From positions 100,509 through 164,508 of the forward strand of contig JAGBBT010000094.1 in the NCBI GenBank assembly GCA_017938365.1: a DNA stretch of 64,000 bases. Reading direction: 5' to 3'. The stretch is from Treponema sp. (GTDB taxonomy: Bacteria; Spirochaetota; Spirochaetia; Treponematales; Treponemataceae). How positions within the stretch are numbered: the first letter of the stretch is position 1; each line of letters opens with the position of its first letter. This document shows, one piece after another, positions 50,155 to 60,131 of the stretch. A program made the translations under genes and the position numbers. The notes under the pieces were generated by a model. It had not been told where the DNA came from. It saw only the letters and a list, made by a program, of their open reading frames with translations, and made no database searches.

Positions 50155-51294
50155 GTGATTAAAAAAATTTTATTGTCTTTTGTAATAATAATTTTATTTA
50201 AAAATAATATTTTTTCTCACGACTATAACTTCAACAAAGAGAGTTATAAAAATTTTTTATTTGAAATAAATCGATGTGTTTTAACTAATGATCCAAGTGT
50301 TTCAGAAATGATTAAAAAAAATTCTGAATTATTAACAATTTGTAAACAGTTATTAGAAACTTATTTTTGGGATAAGACATGTAATTCTCCCGTTATGTTT
50401 TATGAACTATTTTATCCAGAAAAAATAGATATGGTTCATAATTATTTAACAAATGAAAATATTGAATCTGAATATAATTTAGTTGAAAATGATATCTTAG
50501 CTTTACTTGATAATAAAGATGAAAGTGGCATTTTAGAAATAGAAGATAGTATAGAAAGTTATAATACAAATGAATTGGGTGAATTAATGAGATTTTCATA
50601 TGCTCCAGAAGAAATGTCATTATCAACTTTTAATGATTTTAAAGTGATTACAAATAAATCTGATGATAAGATTATTAGAAAATTTTATGATAACGAAATA
50701 CGATTAATTAAAAAAGAAATTTTTAACAGTCCTATAAAATCTGAAGAATTAGAATTATTGTCAATTATAAAATATTTCTATGAATCTGATTTATCTCCTG
50801 TTATAATTTCTACAGAAGAAGAGAATAAGAAAATAAATAAAAAGATTGTTTCAAAATATCTTCCAAACGGAAAACTTGATGAACAATTTTATTATAAATA
50901 TGAATTAGAAACTGATTTAGATAATAAATCTGATATTACACAAGATAGTAAAGTAAAAACTGTATTAGAGTGTATAAAAAAATGGACATATAATACTGAT
51001 TTTAGGTTATTATCCTTCAGTGAAAAAAAATATTTTAGCACAACTGAATATACTGAAATAAAGTATGTTTATAAATATAAAACAGAACTAGATTTAGATG
51101 ATATTTTTTATTATGAAAATAATAAATTAAAAGCAAAGACTATACATAATTCTCTTACGACAAAAGTTGAGACCGTTTTTTTTGAAGATGATTTTTATGT
51201 AGAATCTGTATTTGAAGATGGATTTAAAATATTAGAAATTATTGGAAAAAATGGTACTGAAATAAGGAGACGTAGTTTTGAAAAAAATTACTGA
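50155..51294 (+). CDS. Exported hypothetical protein
   Basis: GTG start, signal-like N-terminus, Tyr/Glu/Lys-rich beta-hairpin-like repeats; in operon. Confidence 0.65.
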   Translation: MIKKILLSFVIIILFKNNIFSHDYNFNKESYKNFLFEINRCVLTNDPSVSEMIKKNSELLTICKQLLETYFWDKTCNSPVMFYELFYPEKIDMVHNYLTNENIESEYNLVENDILALLDNKDESGILEIEDSIESYNTNELGELMRFSYAPEEMSLSTFNDFKVITNKSDDKIIRKFYDNEIRLIKKEIFNSPIKSEELELLSIIKYFYESDLSPVIISTEEENKKINKKIVSKYLPNGKLDEQFYYKYELETDLDNKSDITQDSKVKTVLECIKKWTYNTDFRLLSFSEKKYFSTTEYTEIKYVYKYKTELDLDDIFYYENNKLKAKTIHNSLTTKVETVFFEDDFYVESVFEDGFKILEIIGKNGTEIRRRSFEKNY

Positions 51295-52585
51295 TTTTTT
51301 TAAATCCTTAAAATGGGTTTTATTTGTTTCAAGGCGTTTTTCTCGTGTAGATAGAAAAGGTAGATCTGCTATTACATCTTTTTTGGCTTCAACGGGTATT
51401 TGTTTTGGTGTAATGACTCTAATAACTGTTATAAGTGTTATGAATGGATTTCAGATGAGTTTTATAGATTCTATAATGGAAGTTAGTTCTTATCATATTA
51501 GGGCAAAAAAATTAATGTTAGATAATGTTGTAGAATATCAACAATACTGTTCGGATAATAAAGATATAAAAGTGTGTTTTCCATTTTACGAAGCTCAAAG
51601 CTTAATAATAGGTCAATATAACAGTCAAGCAGCCGCATTGATTAGAGCTATTCCTAAAAATATAATGACCATTGATTCAGGATTTAAGAAAGAAGCTGTT
51701 GTTACTTCTGGAAAATTTGATTTATCAGAAAAAGATTCAATTGTTTTAGGTTCTGATTTAGCAAGAAGATTAGGTGTCAGAGTTGGAAGTTCTGTAAATT
51801 TGTTTGCTTTATCTGGTGGAAGTGATATAAGTTTAATTTCTAATGATCGCATATTTACTGTTACTGGTATTGTGAGAACAGGATATTCAGACATTAATAA
51901 TACGTATGCCTTTATTAGTATTGATGATGGAGTTAATTATTTCGGAAAAAATGCTCCAATGTTTTTAGGAATAAAATTATACGATACAAATAATGACATA
52001 AAGGTTATGAAAGATTTGTCTGTAAAATTTCCAACGATAGAAACTGAATCATGGAAAGATTATAATCGTTCTTTCTTTGGTGTTTTAAGAATCGAAAAAA
52101 ATATGCTTATGTTACTTGTTTTTATAATATTTTTAGTAGTTTCAATAAATATTTTTAATGGCCTTAGACGAATGGTTTTTGAAAGAAGAGAAGAAATATC
52201 TGTATTAAGTGCTTTTGGAGGTAGTCATTCTTTGATTCAAACAATCTTCATTATGCAAGGTTTTTTGATAGGTGTAAAAGGTTCAATCCCGGGATTAATA
52301 TTAGGACTTCTTTTAAGTGTTAGAATGTCTTCAATTTTTATTATAATGTCTAAAATTGTATACTATATTCAAGTTTTTTTTGTAAAATTAATTATACCGT
52401 CTAATGCACCCTTCATAAGAGAAAATCCTATGTATATGGTCTATGCAAATATTCCTCCAAGAATTTACATTAGCGAAGTTTTAGCTATAACAGTTTTTGG
52501 AATTTTTTCCGCTTTATTAGCAAGTTGGGTAGCTAGTCGTGGAGTTTTAAAACTTACAGTTGCAGAGGTAATGCGTAATGAATAA
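51278..52585 (+). CDS. Lipoprotein-releasing ABC permease (LolC/E family)
   Basis: VISVMNGFQ, ERREEISVLSAFG, FtsX-type TMs. Confidence 0.88.
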   Translation: MKKITDFFKSLKWVLFVSRRFSRVDRKGRSAITSFLASTGICFGVMTLITVISVMNGFQMSFIDSIMEVSSYHIRAKKLMLDNVVEYQQYCSDNKDIKVCFPFYEAQSLIIGQYNSQAAALIRAIPKNIMTIDSGFKKEAVVTSGKFDLSEKDSIVLGSDLARRLGVRVGSSVNLFALSGGSDISLISNDRIFTVTGIVRTGYSDINNTYAFISIDDGVNYFGKNAPMFLGIKLYDTNNDIKVMKDLSVKFPTIETESWKDYNRSFFGVLRIEKNMLMLLVFIIFLVVSINIFNGLRRMVFERREEISVLSAFGGSHSLIQTIFIMQGFLIGVKGSIPGLILGLLLSVRMSSIFIIMSKIVYYIQVFFVKLIIPSNAPFIRENPMYMVYANIPPRIYISEVLAITVFGIFSALLASWVASRGVLKLTVAEVMRNE

Positions 52586-53273
52586 TATCATTGAAATTTC
52601 AAACTTAGAGAAAACTTATAAAACAGATTTTGAATGTTTAACTATTTTAAAAGATCTTAATCTAACTGTAAAAGAAGGTTCTAAGGTTGTTATCATAGGT
52701 GAAAGTGGTAGCGGCAAAAGTACATTCTTAAATATTATTGGAGGTTTAGACAAACCTACAACAGGTAATATTAATGTAGGTCCTTATAATATTTCAGAAT
52801 TAGATGAAGATGGATTATCAGATTATCGTTCAAAATATCTAGGATTAATTTTTCAATTTCATTATTTATTAAAAGATTTTACAGCTTTAGAAAATGTTTT
52901 TTTGCCAGCCCTTATAACTGGAAACTCCAAAAAGTATGCTATGGAAAAAGCAAAACAGTTATTATCTGATGTTGGATTATTAGATAGAATCAATCATTTA
53001 CCTTCTGAATTGTCAGGTGGAGAGCGTCAAAGAGTAGCTGTTGCAAGAGCTTTAATAAATGATCCTTCAGTTATACTTGCAGATGAACCAACAGGAAATC
53101 TTGATCCTGCAAATGCCTCTATGATTGGAGATTTATTATTTTCTATGGCGGATAGATATAATAAAACTCTTATTTTGGTAACTCATGATATGAAAATTGC
53201 ACAAAAAGGTGATTTTCAATATTTGATAAAAAATGGGCAATTAAAGTTAAAAGAGGAACAGAATGAAATTTAA
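52578..53273 (+). CDS. lolD: Lipoprotein-releasing ABC ATPase
   Basis: GESGSGKST, FQFHYLL, LSGGERQRVA, DEPTGNLD. Confidence 0.9.
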   Translation: MNNIIEISNLEKTYKTDFECLTILKDLNLTVKEGSKVVIIGESGSGKSTFLNIIGGLDKPTTGNINVGPYNISELDEDGLSDYRSKYLGLIFQFHYLLKDFTALENVFLPALITGNSKKYAMEKAKQLLSDVGLLDRINHLPSELSGGERQRVAVARALINDPSVILADEPTGNLDPANASMIGDLLFSMADRYNKTLILVTHDMKIAQKGDFQYLIKNGQLKLKEEQNEI

Positions 53274-54585
53274 AGCCTCTATTTTATTTGCTAAAAGGTT
53301 ATTAGCTCCTCGCACAGGAAAAAAATCCAATGCCCGTAAAAGTTTACAAGGTGCTTTTTTATGCATAGGTATAAGTTTAATTCCTCTTGTCATGGTTTTA
53401 ACTGTTTCAAATGGAATGATAGAAGGCATTACAAGTAGAATGATAGGTTTATCAAGTTCTCATTTATCTTGTTACCTTCATCCAGATTTACAAGAAGCAT
53501 CTTCTCAAAAAAACTTAATTGAACTTTCTAATAAATTGGAAAAAATAGAAGGTGTAGAAAATGTATATCCTGAACTACAATCTATCGGATTAGCTGCTTC
53601 TAATACAGTTAGAACTGGTGCTCAAATTAGAGCTGTTAGATCGGATATTTTTGAAAAAAATAAGGATTTTAAGGAATTATTTAAAATAAAAGAAACAATC
53701 GAAAAGCCTAAAGGAAATTCCGCTATAATTGGCGAAAAAATTGCAGAAATTTTAGGTGTACACGCAGGGGATTCATTTAGATTAATAACAACAAAAAATC
53801 TCCCATCTGGCAAAATTCTTCCAAAAATAACAAAATTCACAGTTGAATCAATAGTTTCTTGCGGATATCAAGAATTAGATGCATTGTGGGTTTTTATACC
53901 TATAGATAAAGGTTACTCAATATTAAATGTGCAATCTAGTCAGCCTATAATTGGAATAGAAACAAAAGATGCTTTTTCTCTAGAACTTGATAAAATTATG
54001 CACCGAGTTGAAATGGCTGTTCCAAATTTTACAAGAGTTTATAAATGGAATGAACTAAATGTTGCACAATATGAAAATTTTTCATCTACAAGAATAATGT
54101 TGCTTTTTATAATGCTTTTAATTGTTTTAGTTGCATCAATAAATATTTCTAGTGCCTTAGTTATGCTTGTTATGGAAAGACGAAAAGAAATTGCAATTTT
54201 AAAGAGTTTAGGAGCAACTTCTGGAGGCATTACAGTTTCTTTTTTAATAACAGGATTAGTTACTGGTGGTCTTGGTGTTTTGTTTGGAATACCAATCGGA
54301 TTATTATGTGCAGTTAATTTTAATTTTATTATAAATCTTATGGAAAAAATCATAAATAATGTGGTTCATTTTACTTATATTTTATTAAGAAATGATAGTT
54401 CAAGTTTGGAATATATAAAATTATTAGATCCTGGTTTTTATTTACAAAATATTCCAGTTTCTATTCCGTTAAATCAATTAATTATAATTGGTGTCGGAAC
54501 ATTGATATTATCATTATTTGTAAGTACTTGGCCTGCAATAAAAGCTGGTAAAGAAAAACCTATAGAAACACTTCGAAAAATTTAA
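53263..54585 (+). CDS. Lipoprotein-releasing ABC permease (LolC/E family)
   Basis: NISSALVMLVMERRKEIAILKSLGA, WPAIKA. Confidence 0.88.
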   Translation: MKFKASILFAKRLLAPRTGKKSNARKSLQGAFLCIGISLIPLVMVLTVSNGMIEGITSRMIGLSSSHLSCYLHPDLQEASSQKNLIELSNKLEKIEGVENVYPELQSIGLAASNTVRTGAQIRAVRSDIFEKNKDFKELFKIKETIEKPKGNSAIIGEKIAEILGVHAGDSFRLITTKNLPSGKILPKITKFTVESIVSCGYQELDALWVFIPIDKGYSILNVQSSQPIIGIETKDAFSLELDKIMHRVEMAVPNFTRVYKWNELNVAQYENFSSTRIMLLFIMLLIVLVASINISSALVMLVMERRKEIAILKSLGATSGGITVSFLITGLVTGGLGVLFGIPIGLLCAVNFNFIINLMEKIINNVVHFTYILLRNDSSSLEYIKLLDPGFYLQNIPVSIPLNQLIIIGVGTLILSLFVSTWPAIKAGKEKPIETLRKI

Positions 54586-54620
54586 GTAATGTTGTATAAT
54601 TTGTTTGGGTTGGATGAAAA

Positions 54621-55124
54621 ATGATATGTGATATTTGTAGAGAAAGGGATGCTAATGTTTTCTTAGAAATGCAAGGACCTTCCTCAAAAAAGAAAATAAA
54701 TATTTGTATGGAATGTGCGACAAAATTAGGAATTCCTGATAATCCAAGTTCTGTTGCTGAGTTATTTAAGAAGCTTGAAAAAATTGAAAAAGAACAATTA
54801 GAAAGTGAAAACAAAATGTGTCCAGTATGTGGGATGCATCTATCAACAATAAAAAAGAATAAAGTTGTTGGTTGTCCAGAATGTTATTCTATTTTTAAAG
54901 AGCATATAAAGGAAATCCTCAAAAATTATGGTGTAAAAGAAGTTTACACTGGCTCAATGCCAAAACGATTAAAAAGTTTTAAGTCTGTTTTGAATGATCG
55001 AATCATATTGCAAACTAAACTTGAAGAATCATTAAAAACTGAAGATTATGAAAAGGCTGCTATTTATAGAGATTATTTAAAAGCCTTAGAAAAAACAGCA
55101 GTTGTAGGTGGTGATGATGAATAA
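54621..55124 (+). CDS. mcsA: McsA family protein
   Basis: Four CxxC motifs and UVR motif EDYEKAAIYRD; upstream of mcsB-clpC. Confidence 0.88.
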   Translation: MICDICRERDANVFLEMQGPSSKKKINICMECATKLGIPDNPSSVAELFKKLEKIEKEQLESENKMCPVCGMHLSTIKKNKVVGCPECYSIFKEHIKEILKNYGVKEVYTGSMPKRLKSFKSVLNDRIILQTKLEESLKTEDYEKAAIYRDYLKALEKTAVVGGDDE

Positions 55125-56226
55125 ATGTTTATCAGAACCAAATGCTGAATGGTATACTTATTCAGGAATTAATGATGATGTTGTTGTTTCAACAAGAATT
55201 AGATTTGCTCGAAACCTTGCAGATTTTCCCTTTCCGAATAATTTTAAAGGAGATGATGCAAATAGAATAAAAACATTAGTATTTGATTCTTTTTCTAAAA
55301 ATTCTGAAAACGAAGTTTATCAAACTGTATCTTTGGCTGATGTAAATGATTTAGGCGGTAAAATGCTTAATGAAAGAGGCTTAATAAGTTCAAAATCTAT
55401 AACTAATCCATATGTTGGTTTAGTAATGCGAATAAGTGGTACTAGACCGAATTCAGGTTTAGTTTGTACCATAAATGAAGTTGATCATGTAAGAATTTCG
55501 TCTTTTGTAGCAGGATTAGATGTTGAAAATGCCTATTCAATGTGTAAAGAAGTTGATGAAATATTACAAAATAGCTTACAGTTTGCAGCAAGTTATGATT
55601 TTGGATATCTTACAACAGCCGTAAAAGATTTAGGAAGTGGAATGAAAATTTCTGCTCGAGTACATTTGCCTTCTGTTGTTTTTTTAGGTCGCCATAACAG
55701 CTTATTCAGTGAAATAAAAAAACAAGGTTTTTCAATTTCCGCTTCTTTTGGTTCAACTATATTAGGAAATACCTCTGTAGGTGATTATTATCAGATATGT
55801 AATTTAACATCTCAAGCAGGTTCAGAGCTTGAACAAATGGCAGCCTTTGTTGCTTGTATAAAAAATATTATAAAACAAGAACAATGTTTCAGAAAAGAAT
55901 GTTTAGATCAACGTAGTACTGAAGTTCATAACAGGATATTAAGAAGCTATTACATTTCAAAAACTAGTTTACTTATTACTTTTAGAGAAGCAATACAATT
56001 GATTTCCGATATAAAATGGGGATTAAATATAGGAATTTTATCTGGAATAAAGGATAATGAACTAAGTGCTTTATTGTTTAGAATTCAAGAAGCACATCTT
56101 TTAACAGTGATAAAAAACGGTACATTTAAGTTTCCAAATGATATAGCAGGTAACGATAAAAAAGAAACAGAACGATTACGTGCTATAATTATACAAGATA
56201 TTTTAGAAAATATTTTTATAAAGTAA
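55117..56226 (+). CDS. mcsB: McsB-like ATP:guanido phosphotransferase domain protein (active site degenerate)
   Basis: STRIRFARNL, NEVDH, GYLT, HLP, YQICN; between mcsA and clpC. Confidence 0.8.
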   Translation: MNKCLSEPNAEWYTYSGINDDVVVSTRIRFARNLADFPFPNNFKGDDANRIKTLVFDSFSKNSENEVYQTVSLADVNDLGGKMLNERGLISSKSITNPYVGLVMRISGTRPNSGLVCTINEVDHVRISSFVAGLDVENAYSMCKEVDEILQNSLQFAASYDFGYLTTAVKDLGSGMKISARVHLPSVVFLGRHNSLFSEIKKQGFSISASFGSTILGNTSVGDYYQICNLTSQAGSELEQMAAFVACIKNIIKQEQCFRKECLDQRSTEVHNRILRSYYISKTSLLITFREAIQLISDIKWGLNIGILSGIKDNELSALLFRIQEAHLLTVIKNGTFKFPNDIAGNDKKETERLRAIIIQDILENIFIK

Positions 56227-56247
56227 TTTAAAAAACTGAGGGTCTTT

Positions 56248-58803
56248 ATGAAGGGATTATCTCCTAGAGCACAAAAACTATTATTTTTAGCACAAGAAGA
56301 AGGAAAAAAGTCAGGTTCAGTAGAATTATTACCAGAACATATTTTATTAGCCCTTTTAAAAAGTGCAGATGGGCTAGGATATTTGATTCTGCAAGATTTA
56401 AGAATAAATGTTCTTACATTTCAACTTGCTTTGGAACAAAGTATTGTTTTAAAAAATAATAGTCTTAATAAATCAGAATTACCACTTTCAAGAAGACTAA
56501 AAACAATATTGGATATAGCCGTTGTTGAATCAAGAAGTTTAAGAAATGATTATATAGGTACTGAACATATTTTAATTGCGACAATACAAGAAGAAAATAG
56601 TGCAAGTTGTAGATTTTTTCAGCAAGAAGGAATTACATTAGAAGTATTGCGTAATCAAGCAAAAAATGTTCAAGAACATTTTCATTCAAGTTCCTTTGCA
56701 ACTGGTGATGTATTGGGTAATACTCTTCAAAAGTTATTTAATGGACAAGACTTTGCATCTAATCAAAACTTTTTTAATGATAAAAGACAAAATCAAAATA
56801 ATACTTCCTTTTTATCAAATTATTCACGAGATTTAACAGAGTTATCAAGAGAAGGTAAACTTGATCCTGTTATAGGTCGTTCGACAGAAGTAAACAGAGT
56901 AATACAAATATTAAGTAGAAGAACAAAAAGTAATCCAATATTAGTGGGAGAACCTGGTATTGGTAAAACAGCAATTGTAGAAGGATTAGCACAAAAAATT
57001 GCTTCTGGAGATGTTCCTTATAATCTATTAAAGAAAAAAGTTTTATCTTTAGATTTAATTGCAATGATTGCAGGAACAAAATATAGAGGTGAATTTGAAG
57101 AAAGAATGAAAAGGATGATGAAAGAAATCAAAGAAGATGGAAACATTATAATTTTCATTGATGAATTACACTCAATTATTGGTGCTGGGGGACAAGAAGG
57201 TACAAATGATGCTTCAAACATTTTAAAACCTGCTTTAAGTCGTGGTGAAATTCAAATAATCGGAGCTACAACAACAAAAGAATATAGAAAATATATTGAA
57301 AAAGATTCTGCTTTAGAGAGAAGATTCCAAGTTGTAAAAGTTTTTGAACCAGATGCTTCTGATTCTGAACAAATCTTAAAAGGATTACAAAAAAAATATG
57401 AAGATTTTCATGGAGTTTCCTATGATGATGATGTAATTCCTGCAATAATAAAATTTAGTACACGATATATTCCAGAAAGATTTTTGCCAGATAAAGCAAT
57501 TGATATTTTAGATGAAGCAGGTAGTGCAAAAAAAATTCAAGAAGAATTTAAGCCTTCTGAATTAGCTGAAATTGAAAAAAATATAGAAGAATTAACTGAT
57601 GAAAAAAAAGCTTTAGTTGCCAATCAAGATTACGAAAAAGCTGCAATAGTTAGAGATAAAGTAAGAGAATTAAAACGCAAATTAGAAATCTTTAGTAATT
57701 ATTGGCAGAATAATTCTTCATTTTCAAAAAAGAGAGTTTGTTACGAAGATATATGTAAAATAATTGCTAATATGACAGGAATTCCTATTGAACAGTTAGA
57801 TTCTAATGAATCAAAACGGTTATTAAATATGGAATCAGAATTACATAAAAGTGTTATTGGTCAAGAAGAAGCTGTTTCTTTGTTGAGTAGTGCGATTAGG
57901 CGAGCAAGAGCAGGGGTATCTTCTTCTGACAAACCTATGGGTTCATTTATATTCTTAGGACCAACAGGTGTCGGAAAAACACAACTTGCAAAAACTTTGG
58001 CAACATTTTTATTTGGCTCAAAAGATGCTTTAATACGAATAGATATGTCTGACTTTATGGAAAAACATAATGCAAGCAGACTTGTGGGAGCTCCTCCTGG
58101 ATATGTTGGTTTTGAAGATGGGGGCGTTTTGACTGAAAAAGTAAGACAACGACCTTATAGTGTTGTTTTATTAGACGAAATTGAAAAAGCTCATCCAGAT
58201 ATATTTAATTTATTATTACAGCTATTAGAAGAAGGTGAGTTAAGTGATAATTTAGGACACACTGTTAATTTTAGAAATACAGTAATTATTATGACAAGTA
58301 ATGCTGGTGCTAGACAAATCACATCTGATAGAAGATTAGGTTTTTCAAACATGGAAGATGGTGTTTTGCCTTATACAGATATAAAAGCAAATGCTTTAGA
58401 TGAATTAAAGAAAATTATGAGTCCTGAGTTATTAAACAGAATTGATGATGTAGTTGTATTTAATCCATTATCAAGAAATGAAATTTCAAAAATTCTTGAT
58501 ATTCAAATAAAAGAATTGGAAAATCGACTTGCAGATAATCAAATAACATTAAAAATAAAACCTAAAGCAAGAGATTACTTATTAGATCATGGTTACGACC
58601 CTACTATGGGAGCAAGACCAATGCGTCGTCTTATCCAAAACGAGATAGAAGAACAGTTGTCAATTTTAATTCTTCAAGGCGAAAATGAATTTAGTAAGGA
58701 AGTAATTGTTGATTTAACAGGTGACAAAATAAAAGTTAAGTTTAATAAACCAAAACTTTCAAATATAAAAATTACAAAAGAAGAAAAAGTAGTAATAAAT
58801 TAA
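56248..58803 (+). CDS. clpC: Clp protease ATP-binding subunit ClpC
   Basis: Clp N repeats, GEPGIGKT, UVR M-domain QDYEKAA, GPTGVGKT, LGF ClpP-docking loop. Confidence 0.95.
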   Translation: MKGLSPRAQKLLFLAQEEGKKSGSVELLPEHILLALLKSADGLGYLILQDLRINVLTFQLALEQSIVLKNNSLNKSELPLSRRLKTILDIAVVESRSLRNDYIGTEHILIATIQEENSASCRFFQQEGITLEVLRNQAKNVQEHFHSSSFATGDVLGNTLQKLFNGQDFASNQNFFNDKRQNQNNTSFLSNYSRDLTELSREGKLDPVIGRSTEVNRVIQILSRRTKSNPILVGEPGIGKTAIVEGLAQKIASGDVPYNLLKKKVLSLDLIAMIAGTKYRGEFEERMKRMMKEIKEDGNIIIFIDELHSIIGAGGQEGTNDASNILKPALSRGEIQIIGATTTKEYRKYIEKDSALERRFQVVKVFEPDASDSEQILKGLQKKYEDFHGVSYDDDVIPAIIKFSTRYIPERFLPDKAIDILDEAGSAKKIQEEFKPSELAEIEKNIEELTDEKKALVANQDYEKAAIVRDKVRELKRKLEIFSNYWQNNSSFSKKRVCYEDICKIIANMTGIPIEQLDSNESKRLLNMESELHKSVIGQEEAVSLLSSAIRRARAGVSSSDKPMGSFIFLGPTGVGKTQLAKTLATFLFGSKDALIRIDMSDFMEKHNASRLVGAPPGYVGFEDGGVLTEKVRQRPYSVVLLDEIEKAHPDIFNLLLQLLEEGELSDNLGHTVNFRNTVIIMTSNAGARQITSDRRLGFSNMEDGVLPYTDIKANALDELKKIMSPELLNRIDDVVVFNPLSRNEISKILDIQIKELENRLADNQITLKIKPKARDYLLDHGYDPTMGARPMRRLIQNEIEEQLSILILQGENEFSKEVIVDLTGDKIKVKFNKPKLSNIKITKEEKVVIN

Positions 58804-58820
58804 AAAAAAGGATAAAAAAA

Positions 58821-60128
58821 ATGAATAAATATGTATTTTCAGATTTTGGAAAAAAACTCTGTGGAGAATCAGGAATCTTAAAATTAATGGACGATTTAGG
58901 AAAACCTATTCCAGAAGGGATAAAAGCTTATAGATTAGGAGGCGGTAATCCTGCAAAAATCCCAGAAGTATCTCAGATGTATAGAGAACAAATAGAACAA
59001 ATATTAAAAGAAGGTGATTCTTTTGAAAATTTAATTGGAATGTATGATGCTCCTCAAGGCAGAATGAGTTTTATTGAAACTGTAGCAGAGTATTTATCAA
59101 AAACGTATGGTTGGAAAATTGGACCAGAAAATGTTGCCATCTGTAATGGAAGTCAAAGTGCATGTTTTTATTTGTTTAATCTTTTAGCAGGAACATTTAC
59201 AGAAAATGGAAAATCAAAGAAGAAAAAGATTGTTTTTCCTTTGGCTCCAGAATATATAGGTTATGCAGATCAAGGTATTGAAAAAGAAACATTTGTTAGT
59301 ATTCCATCTACTTTTGAGAATTTGGAAAATAATTTATTTAAATATCATGTAAATTTTGAACTATTAGAAAATTATCTTTCTACAAATATGGATGTAGGAG
59401 CAATGTGTGTTACACGACCTACAAATCCAACTGGAAATGTGTTAACAGATGAAGAAATAAATAAACTTTCTGCACTAGCAAAAAAATATAATATTCCTCT
59501 TATTATTGATAATGCATATGGTTTACCATGGCCTAATATAATTTTTACAGAAAATGCAACACCATATTGGGATGAAAATGTTATTTTAAGTATGAGTTTA
59601 AGTAAAATTGGACTACCTACTTTAAGAACTGGAATTATAATTGCAGACAAAGAAATTATTACTGCATTAAGTAATTTAAATGCAATCGTTGCTTTAGCAA
59701 GTGGTTCTGTTGGACAAGCTATCGCTACACCTTTAATAAAAACAGGAAAATTAGTTGAAGTTGCAAAAAAAGTTGTTCGTCCTTATTACGAAAATAAATC
59801 AAAATTAGCAATTCAATGGTTTCATAAATATTTTTCGGATACAAATTACGCAGTTCATAAAAGTGAAGGTGCAATATTTCAGTGGTTATTATTAAAAGAC
59901 CTAAAAATCTCTTCTATGGAATTTTATTATGAACTTAAAAATAAAGGCGTAATTGTTGTACCAGGAGAATACTTTTTCTTTGGAAACGATACAAATAGCA
60001 ATTTACCAAAAGTAGAAGATCATCCTCATTATTCTAAATGTCTTAGGATAAATTATGCAGCAGGCACACCTGAGGAAGTTGAAGAAGGAATAAAAATTAT
60101 CGCAAAAACATATAAAGAATTTAGCTAA
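58821..60128 (+). CDS. avtA: Valine--pyruvate transaminase
   Basis: LGGGNPA, NGSQSA, PEYIGYAD, RPTNPTGN, DNAYG, SLSKIGLP. Confidence 0.9.
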   Translation: MNKYVFSDFGKKLCGESGILKLMDDLGKPIPEGIKAYRLGGGNPAKIPEVSQMYREQIEQILKEGDSFENLIGMYDAPQGRMSFIETVAEYLSKTYGWKIGPENVAICNGSQSACFYLFNLLAGTFTENGKSKKKKIVFPLAPEYIGYADQGIEKETFVSIPSTFENLENNLFKYHVNFELLENYLSTNMDVGAMCVTRPTNPTGNVLTDEEINKLSALAKKYNIPLIIDNAYGLPWPNIIFTENATPYWDENVILSMSLSKIGLPTLRTGIIIADKEIITALSNLNAIVALASGSVGQAIATPLIKTGKLVEVAKKVVRPYYENKSKLAIQWFHKYFSDTNYAVHKSEGAIFQWLLLKDLKISSMEFYYELKNKGVIVVPGEYFFFGNDTNSNLPKVEDHPHYSKCLRINYAAGTPEEVEEGIKIIAKTYKEFS

Positions 60129-60131
60129 TAA

